Below are positions 11,990 through 26,887 of a stretch of 64,000 bases of DNA, piece after piece; the first letter of the stretch is position 1; every line of letters starts with the position of its first letter. The notes beneath the pieces were generated by a model. It was given only the letters and a program-made list of their open reading frames with translations. It did not search any database and was not told where the DNA came from. Source of the stretch: Tubiluchus corallicola (taxonomy: Eukaryota > Animalia > Priapulida); contig JAQGDQ010000333.1 of assembly GCA_030141605.1 (NCBI GenBank), positions 1 to 64,000 of the forward strand. The letters are read 5' to 3'. A program made the position numbers and the translations under genes.

Positions 11990-14900
11990 ATCAGGCGGGA
12001 AAATGTTAATTGTTCGATGCCCAATTACTGGCTGCAATTATGCAACAGAGGACTTGTCGGAGGTTATCTCGAACTCCTACATATACAGTCACACCGCGAA
12101 CAGAGACGCGGCACCACCCGCACATTCTGCTCCAGCTGCGAAAATTGAAAAAGTGAAAAAGCGTACTGTATCTGCCGCTGGTACCGGCGAAGAATGAGCA
12201 TATTTTACCACACATTGACAAGAATATGTAGATGCCACTGGTATCACTGGTAAAGACAGAGTAATTCATACAGACGAACAACAAACAATCTAGCTAAGGA
12301 TAAAACCTCCGAACCATGCAGCAGCTGTGGAAAGCACGGTCATGGAAATGGTTCTGATTTTGAATTACGACAGGACAAATGTCCAGCTTTTGGCAAAACT
12401 TGTACATATTGCAGTCGCAAGAAAACCATTTTGCTCCTGTATGAAAATCTGAAAATAAGCCAAAACATGCTGCGCCAGACCAGTGACAAAGGTCATGAAC
12501 AAAGGTCAGTGGGCAAACAGAGCGCTGTGTTCGATACATTGTGTTCACTTACATTCCACGTGCATACAAAAAAGGCCGCTATCCTTGGCGCTGCTATCGT
12601 AAGATTCACTAGTACATCTACAACTGGAAACCAGGCAAATCATATATGTCACCGATACTTCAAACAAATTATACATTAGCTGCGAAGCTTGTATTGCACT
12701 CGGAGTGATCACAGACAGCTTTCCAACTATTGCTGAGGTCTGCAACACGCTAGAGATATCATCATCAAACAGTACTTCAACTGAGACACATGGCACATCC
12801 AACTCCAAACAAAGCAGTAGTGGTTTGACATCTGAGTGCCACTTCCCATGACGACAGCTGCCACTTACACCACCCTCCCGAATGCCATTTTCACCAAGAT
12901 AATTTACCAAAACTGAGACAGTATCTCCTCGAAATTTACAAGCAAGCACGTTCAACTCACGTGAGCACCAACCTCTCCAACTTATAGAAGGGCCCCCTTT
13001 GAAACTCATGGTGAATTCTGATGCCACCCCGGTGGCGTATCACACCCCTGTCCCAGTCGCACTTTCAAGCCCTAAATGCTCATGCCATAAGAGAAACCCA
13101 CCACACCCAGTTACCATTTCTGCAGGCAAGATCTGTACCACCAAACATGAAGAAAACAGTACTTGATGCCTGGAATGGCTACCACAGTATCTCAATCCCT
13201 GCAGAGTACCGCCATCTTACAACATCTCTCCGGCGGGCTGATTCGCTACAAAACAGCCCCTCAGGGTTACATTGCTTCAGGCGATGGTTACTCAAGATGC
13301 TATGACGAGATTGTATCACACGTATCCCATCACACAAAATGTATTGATGACACACTCCTCTGGTCACCCACAATCAAAGAAAGCTTTTTTCAGGCCATAG
13401 AATGGCTCAACATAACGTGGCCGTCATGGCATTACTTTTAATCCTGATAAGTTTGTCTTTGCTGAAGACACAGTTGAATTTGCAGGATTTGAAATCACAC
13501 CCAATAGTGTCCGCCCTTGCCACCTATATCTCCAAGCTATACTGCAATTTTCGACCCCAAAAAACATCACCGAAGTTCCATCGTGGTTCTGCGTAAAAAA
13601 CCAAGTTAGTTGTGCATTCAACATGATTGACCGGATGCTTCCCTTCCGTGCACTCCGGAAACCACAACTGGACGAGAAATTTAATGAATCCAAGGCACTC
13701 ATTGTTTAGGATATAAAAGACGGTGTTCGAATATTCAATAAAATACGGCCGACATGCTTGGCCACTGATTCGTCAAAGTCAGGCATTGGCTTCTGGCTGC
13801 TCCAAAAACACTGCACATGCCCCAAATTAACACCTTTTTGTTGCCTTACTGGGTGGAAAATCACTCTTGTGGGTAGCCGCTTCACCACACCAGCAGAATC
13901 ACGGTATGCCCCAGTTGAAGATGAAGTCCTAGCAGTGGCAGATGCCCTTCAAAAGCTAGGCACTTTGTCCTGGCTTGTACAAACCTGACCATTGCAGTGG
14001 ACCACAAACCATTGATCAAGATCTTCAGCAACAGATCCCTTGATGACATCCCAACCCTCACCTTAGAAATCTGAAGGAAAACACACTTCAGTTCAAATTT
14101 CAGGTCATACATGTCCCTGGAGCAAAACATTGAGCTGTAGATGACATCTCTCGAAACCCTTCTTGCCCTCGCCATGCTGGCGATATGCCCTTGCCCGATG
14201 ACATTGCCATAATTGGACAGGACACTGATATTACCTTACCAAACCTACCTACATTCTTTTCAAAGGGTATACATTGCCAGTAAACACCTTCAGAATCCTT
14301 TGAGACATCCTTAATATGTTCAACTGCAACAAAGCTTGCAAACTTCAAATCAGTGACATGGGATATGGTCCGAGTTGCAACAAGTAACACCACAATGAAC
14401 ATTAAAAGACATCATAGAAAATAACACTCCAGAAGCACCTCAGGAGTTCCCAGCTCCAATAAGTGAGTATTACCAGTTCAGGGAACACCTCTACACCATC
14501 GATGGTGTTATTCTTTATAAAGAGCGCATTGTTATTCCTCCATGCCTACATGACAATGCGCTTTCATCACTTCATGTAACACACCAAGGGGTCTCATCTA
14601 TGATTTCTCGTGCAAAACCATCAGTTTTCTGGCCAAGCATAACGACAGCCATATCGGCACTTCAAAGTCATTGCCACAAATGCAACCGTATTGCACGCTC
14701 ACAACCTGCGGCACCCCCGTTTTGCTAGTGTGCCCATTTCAGTGTATCTGTGGTGACTTCCTTCATTACAAGGGCATCTACTACCTTGTTGTAGGTGACC
14801 GTTATTCCGATTGTCGAACGTTCTCCAATTGGGGCCACTGGTCTCATTGCCTGCCTCCACCGAGTTTTTGTCACGGCATTGCTGAAGAACTGGACTCAGA

Positions 14901-17356
14901 TGGTGGCCTTTCCCCCCACAGCAATTGTAGAGCCGAATTAGGTGTTAAGACTGTTAAGCGCATGATTATGAGTAATAGCGGCTCCCAGGGAGACTTGAAT
15001 ACACACTTGTTTCAAAGAGCAATCCTGCAGTACAGAAACTGCCCAGACAGAGATACCAAGCTCTCACCTGCCCAGTGTCTGTTTGGCCACCCATTATAGG
15101 ATTTCATCCCTATAATAAGCGGTCACTACCAACCTCATCCTACTAAACGGACTCCACACTCTCTGCGAAAGGGCATACCCTGAAGCACAATGCGGTTTCA
15201 GGGCAGAGAGATCCACTGTCGACATGATATTCTCTCTAAGAAAACTCCAAGAAAAATGCTGCAAACAACAACAGCCCCTGTTTATAGCATTGCTTTACCT
15301 GACCAAAGCATTTGATTTGGTTAACAGATTTAGGCCTGTTTACACTCTTGCAGAGAATTGAATGGCCCCAAAAGCTACTGAGATTGATTACTTTCTTCCA
15401 CGAGGAAATGAAATGTACTGTTCAGTGCGACGGCTCCTCCTCAAACCCATTCCCAATGAAAAGCGGAGTTAAACAATGATGTGTCCTCGCCCCAACCCTC
15501 TTTGCTATCTTGTTCTCTCTGCTACTGTGCTAAGCATTCAAAGAAACTGAAGAGGGAGTCTATCTACACACCCGAAGTGATGGCAGCCTGTGCAACCTCT
15601 CTCGCCTCCGAGCAAAGTCACAGGTTTGCAAAGTTCTCATTCGAGAAATACTGTTCGCAGATGATGCCGCACTGACAGCTCACACTGAAGCCGGCCTCCA
15701 AGGCCTCATTGATACCTTTGCCCATGCCTGCATTGAGTTTGGCCTCACAATCAGCATCCGAAAGACCAATGTGCTTGGCCAAGATGCTTCCCCAGCCCCT
15801 CACATCTTCATCCCCGATGTGATGGAAGACTTCACCTATCTTGATTCCGTTATTTCCAGCAGTCTTAGTCTGGCCACAAAACTGAACTCTAGAATCATCA
15901 ACGATGGCCCGCTTAACAAAGAGGGTGTGGGAAAACAAATGCTGACCATGAAGACAAAGCCCAAAGTGTACCGAACCTGTGTACTGAGCACACTGTTATA
16001 TCGGAACAAGAGCTGGACTCAGTATAGCCATCAAGAACGCAGGCTCAATGCTTTCCACCAATGCTGCCTCAGAAAAATCCTGGGCATCTCATGGCAGGAG
16101 CACATAACCAATAAGGATCTGCTAGCAAGAACTGGGAATCCTTAGCATGTATGTCATACTTTCCAACAGACGTCTGCGCTAGTTAAGCCATGATTCCCGC
16201 ATACAGGACGGCAGATTGCCCAAGGACATTCTGTACGACGAGCTCGCCACTGGCTCCAGACCCACTGGGAGGCCACTGCTGCCTTACAAAGGTGTATATA
16301 AACGGGACCTCAAGGCAGGCGGCATTACACCAGCAAATTACGAGGTGCTTGCAGTAGATCGAAGCAACAGGAAATCTGCTATCAGGACAGCCATCAACAG
16401 AGTGCAGAAAACGAAGGAGAAGAAATAAAAGGATAAAAGGACTCGCAGGCATCAGAAAGATGCCCTACCTCACCCGGATGAAACAGCCTTCCAACCAGTA
16501 GCCTGAAGTGCCGTTCAAGGATCGGACTGTTCAGCCACAGTCGACACTGCAGCTCCATCAATGTGATCGATAACTGACTCTCTTGGCGCACACTCCATTG
16601 TCTTCCGAGACAGGATGCCAATTTTTCAGACCAACCTCATAATACTTAGCAGGAATCACTACTAGCTTGAGAAGAAGCCTTGCATAACAGACACATGAAC
16701 GCATCGGAAAGGTGGACTGAACACACAAAATGCCTACCCCCACTAGTTATTGGTGACAAGGTACGTTTACAAAATCAGACCGAAGATCATCCTACTAAAT
16801 GGGACAAGACTGGTATAGTCACTGAAATCCGTCAGTATGACCAATATGTCATCAAGGTGGATGGCTTGAGCCAAGTAACACTTCACAATAGACATTTTGT
16901 TCGGAAATATAAATCAATTCATCCACCACATCCCAGTATCTCTACTGATCCTGACCTTGCTTACAAGGACAGATGCTCACCAGTTAAGAAACCTGTAATA
17001 GCAGCCACTCTGCCACCTAAAATAAATCAAAGCTCCAATACCTCAACCTTACAGTCACCCAAAGACACGGGTTTCAAACAAACAGACAAGCCTGTTGGGC
17101 CAGAGGACCCTTCCCCCAACATCAGCACATCTTCACACATGCCACTAACAACCATACTAGATAATTCCTAACCGGTTGATAAGTCCATTGACTCCCCTTC
17201 AACTGCATCAGCTCCACCCAACCCAGTCACACCACTACGCTGTTCAACTCTGCAGAGGACAACTCCTCAGTGGCACAAACACTTTGATATGCCTGGCAAT
17301 TTGGTCAGTTATCAGTCTTCGACGTATACTACCTCCACCCAAGACTTAGGAGGGAA
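11990..17356 (+). mobile_element. Decayed Ty3/Gypsy LTR retrotransposon internal region (interrupted by an RTE LINE)
   Basis: gag start (MLIVRCPITGCNYATED), RT motifs LDAWNGYHSI, APQGYIASGDGY, KCIDDTLLW, RNase H ATDSSKSGIG and SRYAPVEDE, integrase PHSNCRAELGVKTVK and LQYRNCPD, C-terminal GDKVRLQNQT, polypurine tract near 17347-17356. Many stops and frameshifts; no paired LTRs seen. Confidence 0.88.
15145..16629 (+). mobile_element. 5'-truncated RTE-clade LINE nested in the Gypsy integrase
   Basis: RT motifs PEAQCGFRAERSTVDMIFSL, LFADDAAL, VYRTCVLSTLLY, RRLNAFHQCCLRKILGISWQEHITN, PKDILYDEL. Flanked by a 17-bp TSD with 2 mismatches (accaacctcatcctact 15128-15144, accaacctcataatact 16630-16646). 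Confidence 0.88.
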
Positions 17357-17399
17357 TAAAGGATCTCGGAGATTTCAGCATGTGAAGGTACCCGTATTG

Positions 17400-20300
17400 C
17401 TGTTGGCCAAAAGGCAATTTTTAACACATTTAGCAATAAGAACTTAATACGGATCAAGCAGACGCTGCAATATCTTAAATAAACAATTTTGATTGATTCA
17501 GCAAAAACTTCCATAGTTATTTAAAGATACAGTAATTTATAATTTTACTTAATTAACAACATGCATGCTACGAATGCTCTGACTGTTCTTTCAAACTTTA
17601 CTCACTTGACAGGAAAATCACGAAGATTAACCATGAACTAGATGAAATAAAAACATCTCAGGTAGCCATATCTGATATGTTTGATCATTGCAAAAAAGAA
17701 CTTGACATGGCAAAAACAGGAAATTAAGATCTTATCAACAGAGAATAAATCACTTAAAGATACGGTGCATGACCTACAAAAGCAACTTGAAAACAATGCT
17801 GACGAGTTGGACAAACTAAATTCGTACTCCTGTAGGGACTGTTTAGAAATTTCTGGAATTCCAGTCATTCTAAGTGAAAAAACTGATGAAATTGTGCTGA
17901 ATGTAGCCCGCAAAATGGGAATTCCCCTTGATCAGAATGACATCAGTACCTCGCATAGAATGCGTACACCAAACAAGGGACATCCAAGAATAATTGTAAA
18001 GTTAGTGCATCGTAGGAAAAAAGATGACTTTTATAATGAACGGAGAAATGCTGGTAACACAAATGAACTCGATTACTCCAGATACACAAGCAACAAAATT
18101 TACGTAAATGAGTCGCTTTCACCAAAAGGACGAGATCTCTTTCGAAAGTGTCACATTTTCCAAAAAGAACATAACTTCGCACACTTGTGGACTAAGAATG
18201 GAAGGATCTTAGAGAAACAAACAATAGCCAAAAGCTTCCTATAGATAATATGGCTGACTTGGACAAGATTTGAATTTAATTCTGTATTCTTTATAAACAG
18301 TTGAGTAACTTTACTTATTTTCTTTTTTTATATAACTTATGGCAAACTTTCCGTGTTCTGTATGTTTACATACCTGTAAGCTACGTCAAAATTGCATTCA
18401 AAGCAATATATGTGAAAACTGGTGCCACTTGAAGTGCACCTTTTTAACTTTAAATGAATTTCTTCTTTTGGCAACAAGTGATGAACCCTTTTCTTGCTTA
18501 CCATGTATAAATAATTTGCTTCCATTCCATACTTGTGATAATGATGACCTACAAGAGGTTTTACATTACAATGCATATCCTCTCGATAGCACTCTGCTTA
18601 ACTTGTCTGTACTTACTACACCTTTTAGTACAGATGAACTTGATCCTGATCTATATCTTCCACAAAATGCTAGTAAGTACTATAAATTAATCTCACTTTC
18701 TCAAAACAATAACTTAAAACCTAACGGCAATGACCTCTTTTTTATTCATTTAAATACGGCAAGTTTGCAAAAACATTTTCAAGAGGACCTTGACGTCATA
18801 GACCATCAACACCCACACTTGATTGCAATATCTGAGACAAGAATCAACAATTTTACCCCATTTTTTCATCACATTCCAAATTATGAATTTGTTAACGTAA
18901 ACTATCGTACTGCAGCAGGTGGAGTAGGTTTATATATACACAAATCAATTGAATTTACTGTTACAAATAAGTTCAGTATTTGTTGTGAGAAAGTGAGACA
19001 ATACTTTACCTTCAATGACTAGTAAAATTCATGTTGAATACATTTTCATTGAAATAAAAACCCCAAATAACAAAGCTACAATAATTTTTGGCCTGATATA
19101 CAGACACGCAAATCACTCCATAAATCACTTTAATGAAGAAATGGATAAACTAATTAAACTAATTAATTCTACTGGTAACACAGCTTACATATGTGGCGAT
19201 ATAAATATAAACTTGCTGCAGTATAGTGAAAATGCTTCTATTTCAAATTACCTCAACAAGCTATACGAAAACCGTTTCTTCCCAGCAATCACGCAACCTA
19301 CGCTCATGACCACTCATTCACAAACTCTTATCGCCCATATATATATATATACCAATAATCTGCAACATCCACTCACTACAGGCATTGTCACGTACGAAGT
19401 TGCAGACCACTTACCAATTTTTGCATTAACTAACTCATCATATTTTAAAAAAGCTCAAAACAATGTAGACATCCGAGACACTAAACAGTTTAATTCCAAA
19501 TATTTCTGTAATGATCTGAAAGAAGCTTTGTCCAATATCCCCAGTTCTGAAACTGATGACATTGACACTGCACTTGAATATTTCATTGATGTTTTCTCTC
19601 TCATTTTGGATCATCATGCCCCAACTCGCACACTAACAAGAAGAGAGTCAAAGACATTTCGCAAACCCTGGGTCACTCCTGGCATCTTAAAATCAATTCA
19701 AAAAAGTTGTTTATATAAAAAAACATAAACTATCAAGCTCTGTATACAAAAGGAACTACTATAAAACTTACTCAAACAAGCTCAATCTTATAAAGTCCTC
19801 ATCAAAAAAGAAATACTATGATAATTTATTCCAACTATACAAAAACAACATGAGAAAAACATGGAGAACTATTGGAAGTGCTTTAAAACTGAAAGATAAA
19901 AAGCATACCATTCCTTCACAACTTAAAGTGAATGGCAAAAGCTATACTGATTCTACGTCCAATCGGTTGGCTCCAATATGGCTAAAAACATACCATCCGC
20001 TTCTACTGATTTTCCAAGCTACTTACCGCCCCCAAACTGTAATTCTGTCTTCCTTGATCCCGTAACTACTGAAGAAATCAAATGTGCCTTAGTTAAACTC
20101 AAACTAATAAATCCCCTGGACCTGATAATAATCCAACCAAATTTTATAAACTAGCATCCGAGGTAATTGTTCCAATCCTAAGCAAACTAATAAATAACTC
20201 CTTAAGTCATGAAATCTTTCCTAGTTGCCTAAAAATAGCCAAAGTCACTCCTATCTATAAATCTGAATCTCCACTTAACCAATCCAACTATCGACCAATT

Positions 20301-22195
20301 TCAAATCTATCCCCTCATCTCAAAATTTTTTGAAAATGTAATCTGGAAACGCTTAAATACTTTTCTCGACACAAACAATATTTTATCAAAATTCCAATTT
20401 GGATTTAGAAAATCCTTCTCTACAGCCCTAGCTACTGCTGAATTTACGGAAAACTTGCTGCACTGCCTGGACAAAAACTCTGTCACCTGTGCTATATTTT
20501 TAGACCTTTCGAAAGCCTTCGACACAGTTCAGCACCATATCTTACTTCAGGAACTTCAAAACTATGGCATAAGAGGCACAGCCCTGAGTCTCATCAAATC
20601 ATACCTCGACAACCGCCAGCAGTTCACTTGCGTTTAGCAAACCCACTCAAGTCAACTCCCAGTGACATGTGGCATTCCGCACGGGTCTGTTCTTGGCCCT
20701 CTGTTATTCCTCACCTACATTAACGACTTGCCTCTTTGTTCTAACTTAAACACTCGACTCTTCGCCGACGACACGTTTCTTTCTATCAGACACCAATTTA
20801 CAATCTCTCCAAAATCGAACTAATTCTGAATTATTAAAAGTTAATAATTGGATGTTAGCCAACAGCCTGTCAGTAAATTTAACAAAAACCAAGTACATGT
20901 TAATTGAAAGGAACATGTCACAAAATGAGAAATTGGTGTTTAATTTAAAAATAGGTAAGCATGATTTAGTTGAAACAAAATGCATTAAGTACCTTGAGCT
21001 TCAAATTGATAGTAATATAAAATGGAAAACTCATAGTAATACTATAACAACAAAACTAAGTAAGACTGCAGGTATATTTGCAAAACTACATCACTTTATT
21101 AATATGCCAATCCTCATAATGATATAATATGCTTTAGTGTATCCATACTTACAGTACTGTGTGCTGTGCTGGGGAAAAACTAAGCAATATATACTAAAAC
21201 CACTTACAACCTTACAAAACAAAATTGTTAAATTAATTACATTCTCTCATTACAAAGCACATGCTACACCTTCGTATAAAAAGTTAGATATACTAAAAGT
21301 TTGCGATATATACAGTTTGGATATATGTACAAGTACAAAACAGGCACTTTGCCAGGTATATATAAGAACTATTTTTTAAAAATAAACGAAGTCAATTCAT
21401 ACTCCACGAGATCCTCAAAAAAAGGTTTCTACTTTCAAAATAAGTTCAAGACTCAATATGGCTTGAATTCTCTACACCATAATGGTGTCAAACTTTTTAA
21501 TAGTCTCGCTCATGAAATCTTAGGTTGCCAAACATTGCACACTGCAGTTAAAAAATTTTGCCTCTATTTAATCGGCACTATTCAGTTAATTAATGGATTT
21601 GGGCAAAAAATTGTATTCTTAGCTTCGAATTTATCTCTTAGTTATCTTTCGGTTCGACATCTATTTCACTGAATATTCACATAATCTAGAAAAAAAGATT
21701 CAGCATTATCCTTATTGTTTATCGCCGACCCACTTTCATCATTTTTACTAGAGCTATAACTTGTTCAATGTATCCGCAGTTGACATACTTCGATATTGTT
21801 TTAGTTTTTTTATATTGTTTCTTATGTTGGGTTAAGTTCTTGATTTATATGTAATCATTAGTTTTGTTTTTGATGAGTTTAAATTTTCTGTTTTGTTTGC
21901 TAATTTAAATCTTGCCTCTTCTCATAGCCAAACTTATTTACTGTTTCTAAATTTAAACTTATTCGAACTCGTTGCCTCATTTATTTTTTTATTTTGTTAA
22001 GTTGCTGATTATTTTCATTTGTACAAACCTTACTTGACAGGTCACTTAATTTTTTTCAGTTTGGATAGGGGTGGTTGACTTGGTGACCCTTGGTCTTTTC
22101 GCCACCCCGTCTCTTTTCCGTCTTTATTTTAGTTTTTACCTTTTGTATATGTTTATTTTGTAACATTCAGAGACAAATAAATTTTTACTTACTTA
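17400..22195 (+). mobile_element. Near full-length CR1-group LINE, decayed (5' boundary approximate)
   Basis: ORF1 ~17681-18270 (coiled coil, LEISGIP, DISTSHR, IYVNESLS). ORF2 from 18339 with N-terminal PHD finger, APE endonuclease (IAISET, CGDININLL, ADHLPIF) and RT (FLDLSKAFDTV, PHGSVLGP, FADDT). 3' UTR ends aataaa plus (tact)n. Confidence 0.88.
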
Positions 22196-25100
22196 TCAAA
22201 ACTTGTTTCAAACGACCTACCATTAAAATGGCTGCACTTAACGGTCATCGCAGGAGTTTAAATTTACATGTTTCATACAGCGTTACAGCCGATGCAAGCC
22301 GAACGAAAGGTACGAAAAGGTAGTACGTAAGTGATACAAATTTTCTAGACGAATTTTTTAAGCTTTATGTAAGTGGAGGGTTTTCTCCAGGCAGGCCAGC
22401 ATGCGGGCTGTACATGTACACCATTCACTTGTAGTGCAATATTTAGCTGCTAACAAAAATTCAATCGTCATTGGTCATTATGCATTAGATAAACTAGTCT
22501 CACTTTCGAATTTATCAAACTATATGTACATTTCTAAGAAAGCAAAGCTTTCTTATATAATTGTGTATAGAATACATTTTTACGTCTACAAAACTGATGA
22601 AAAAATTGTTCATTAAATTTGACAAAATGGAAAATTTCTGTAATAACAACCAAAACACATGTATTTAACATCAGGAATTTTCTGAGTGCCATATACAAGC
22701 ATAAGCACTAATTCAAAGCAACTATTAAATAAACTATAATTAAAACAAACAAAATGTAGTAGCTGTAATAAGAACAATAATACTAATTACATTTGTAATA
22801 ATTATAATAACATTTTCACAGTTTTCTGTAGTGTCATATTCTAGGTTTGTACACTGTGCCTATATCACCGGAGGAAAATAACTGATGGTCATAGTAAGTA
22901 CTTTACAAATGAAGTTAAGCAATGTTGAGAAAGGCAGTAAATTGATGGATGACCACTATAAAAGTCTACTGATGAAAGATGTCTAAGACAGGTGTCTAAG
23001 GTGTCTACTATTCTTTATAATAGCTGAATATCTGGTACACGCAGCTAGCAAACTACATTTTAGCAAAAAGACCCAATTTTTGAGCGCTGGATTGCTGTCT
23101 GTATAGTACAAAGGTAGAAGTTGGTACATAAAGGCCCAAAGCTAGGCCCAAAGGTACAAAAAGAATGAATAATAGACTATAGTCAGAATATTTATAATAT
23201 ACATCAAAAGTACTACTGGAACAATAGTGAGTCTATCATGCTTACGTACAATTACACAATACATACTTTTATAAGCTCAATAGTAGATTTTGTACATTGC
23301 AACACCTGTTATAAACACATTATTTCTGTTATTTTATGTAAAGGAGAAGGTTCCACCAAAAACAAACATGGTTGACACTACAAGCTTTCAGGTGCACACA
23401 TATATTACTACAGTATTTTACTCAAACTGACGATGTGAAATAAATAAATCAAACATGTTCAAAATTATGAAATAACAGTGTAAACTCCGAGTATCTTTCA
23501 GGCGCATTATCCACTGCTATCATCATCATTCATTTTAACCCGATCACCATATAGTCAACATCAAGTTTTGTCTTAGATTAGTCACACTCCATAAGCTATT
23601 TTGGAGTTCCACTCATTTCGTTGGCATATCGATGTATGGTATAAAATCTTTCATCATAAAATCTTTAATTAACATCAGCACAGTAAATACTCCACAAAAT
23701 AAACAATCTCACGTGTTATATTTCAGGTGTCAAGTAAGCTGATTTTAAAACATTGCACATGCCCCATAGCTAATGAAAAAGACTAATTTTTGAGCCACAT
23801 TTTAATTGTAGTTGCAGTGAGCGATGATATAGTCATTAAATGCTTCAATTTTCAACATAACTTTTAGCACACACAAGAGCTCGTGGAAGTTCCACTGAAT
23901 GTCACAGGTAACACATGTAATCTGTAAAAAAACTTATAAAATAAAGTCTTTAACAGCTAAAAAGAATTATATGTTATCCTATTGCATACCATAGCAGGCA
24001 CACTAACTGCAAAAACACGTTCCTTACTGCTTCCATTTCATGAACGCACTGGATGTGATACCACCAGTTGTTTCAAAAGAAGAAGTAAGCAGAAGGTATT
24101 TTAAATAAGGAATGACATCTTTCTAGCAGAAGCAATCAACAAAAATAAATTTTAAAGCTCCTACAAAAAACTGCCTCAAGGTTAAATTAAATTTGTGTCT
24201 AAATGTGTGAACGAAATTAAAGAAAAAAAACAAAATGAATTTTGCACTCTGGCTTCGTACAACTTATCGTCCAAAAGAAAAATCGGTCATTACACTCATT
24301 TAATCGCGTTGAGATTATTTTGACCTGAAGAAACCTGTCGACAATTTTCATAGCAAACATTGTATTCATCGTCTCACTGTTTTTATACTGTACTGTACCA
24401 TACGAATAACTACCAACTCTTCTAACACGCTGTCTATCACGTATTGTGCCTAAATTCAATCAGAGGCACTGGATGTTTCGCTTTTCCGTAGGGCTAAGGA
24501 ATATGGGGAAATACCTATAATGCAAAATAATATTTTAATGGAAATTATACTTTAGGAAAAGGCTAAATGCATTTGCTAGTCGGTCACCTAAGTGGAATTC
24601 AAGTGAAAATCAAAATATGCACAAAACATAATTGCGTTTCTCATATTTAGACATATTTATTATCCACTTCAGCATGATAAATTTACATTATAATGATCTA
24701 ATGATATACGTTACATTCAAAACAATTATATACAATATAATTGAAGAACAGAAAAAACTTGCAAATAGACGACACAACTGTTTATCTGCCAGAAATAAGT
24801 GCTGCATGGCGGTTATGAAGCTAGGCTTGTGAACCCGCCATGAAAAGTGGAAAAGGGTAAGTTCTTAAAAGAGAAGGAATTTATAGAAAATATAGAGATT
24901 AACAGTAATACATTAATAGGGCAAAGGCGGAGTAAAAGGAAATATAATCGAAAACAAAACAGAATTCATTAGAGACATAGAGACATGTAAATCATTTAAA
25001 ATATGATCAACAAAGTAACCGGGATGTACTGTAACTATTGCACTTCATAATTAAACTCACAAGTGCATTAACTATGTGATTCTAATAAGACAGATTTCGT

Positions 25101-25898
25101 GTATCTGTCAAAACTATGTAATGTTCTACGTGTGATAACAGTTGCTCGATGTTTTATTCCACAGATTTGGGGCGGTAAATTTAACAAAATGCCTGGCAAC
25201 ATTGGTTCTGCAAAATGGAATATGTTATATTCGTGCTATTTCTGCTAACAGTTCCTATTGCTCATACAGCAGCTGACAAATTCTTGCTGTAACTTCTTTC
25301 AGTGTCTTATACTAAACACTGACTACCTAGCACTGTACAATCTACAGGCAAACATGTTATTTTAAACGAAAACTAGAATTATTGAGTTGCATTCGTTACA
25401 AGAAGTACTTCAGATAATGATCACTTTCTTAGAACTTTCAATGTAATCTTCGATTTGCTGAGGACATTTTGTTCGACAGTTTCGCCATTACGACACATCT
25501 TTTAAAAACAACTAAATGAGGAAGTTAGGTCAGCGAAGCTCGGAAGTGCTGAGCAGAGTACATCAGCACAGAAATATTACAGTGACAGGGCATGCTTAGC
25601 TTATCTGTACAGTACTCTCCACCATAGAATGTCTCATCTGATACTATACAAAATTCTATTTAAGTTATTTTTTCACATTCAAACATGTAAACACAGTTGA
25701 AATTTCCTTACCTTTAACACTTGTTCTGCTCCCAACTTCGTTCTACCTCTCGTTGTGAACAGCTATAATTCCGTTATTCATTTTGCGGTAGCGGTCATTT
25801 CAGGAACCCGATTTTCATGTAGCAGTTAAAATCGTAAGGTATTTAAATTTGTAAGCAAATATTAACCAAAAGCACGAACAAAAACCTTGGTCAACACG

Positions 25899-25948
25899 CA
25901 GGGCCTATTTCAGGAAGGGGGGGGGAGTGGGGATACTTCCCCGGGGCC

Positions 25949-25986
<38 letters not shown>

Positions 25987-26025
25987 CCTCCCTCCCTCTC
26001 TCTCTCTCTCTCTCCCTCTCTCTCC

Positions 26026-26061
<36 letters not shown>

Positions 26062-26335
26062 CTCTCCCTACCTCTCTCCGTCTCTCTCTCTCTCTCTATC
26101 TATCTCTCTCTCTCTCTCTCTCCCTCTCTCTCTCTCGCTGCACGCACCAGTGTTAAGGACTGGTCTTGAGAATAAAGCACTTTTTCTTTCGATTGTTCTT
26201 TCCTTTAACAATGGTATAACTCCACATTTTCTCTTCGAAAATGCTTCTCCGACGTTCTAGCAGTTCAAAAATTTTACCGATGGGGCCTCACACGCCCCAC
26301 TTCCCCGGGCCTCGCCTAGGCTGAAATAGGCCCTG
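25899..26335. mobile_element. Non-autonomous hAT-type element (MITE, 437 bp) carrying a (CT)n microsatellite
   Basis: Perfect 15-bp TIRs cagggcctatttcag / ctgaaataggccctg and exact 8-bp TSD tcaacacg (25891-25898, 26336-26343). Confidence 0.92.
25953..26136. repeat. (CT)n microsatellite
   Basis: Interrupted CT dinucleotide run; source of the spurious SLSLSL ORFs. Confidence 0.95.
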
Positions 26336-26887
26336 TCAACACGTATCTATTTTATCTTTTATGCGATGTTGGTGGTGTATAACTTCACTCTACAAGTAAC
26401 GAGCTATAAGCTCAGCCAGCTGCGTTAGCGCAAAAATGCGTGCAATTCAATTGGTTGAAATTCAAAAAGTCGGGCGTAACTGCGTATTATGCTTGTGCAT
26501 AATAATGCGATTTTCACCAATAGCGTAGGCAATCTCTGCCAGGCCCCTATTGGCCACGCCAGCAGGTACGTCTACTGCGGTTACTTCAATTGACTGAAAA
26601 TGACACTAATCCAGAATAATCTTATTTTAACATTCAGTCGTCATATTATTCGCTTGAGAATAAATGAACATTGGCCTACTAACTAATGCCTTCTGTTCTA
26701 CATGCAAGAACATGGGAACTGGAGTGTGGAGAATAGCGTAATGACGGAAAATTCTTGGATAAATGGCTTTAAGAATTTCACCTAATATATGCAATTATAA
26801 AACGGCCGGTGTGGAGGAAGTAATTTATTTATATAACATGACAAAAAACAATATGGATGTTGTTAGAAGCAAATTGCTTATAGCTAA

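Noticed and set aside
25887-26169. SLSLSL ORFs
   Set aside because: Translation of the (CT)n microsatellite.
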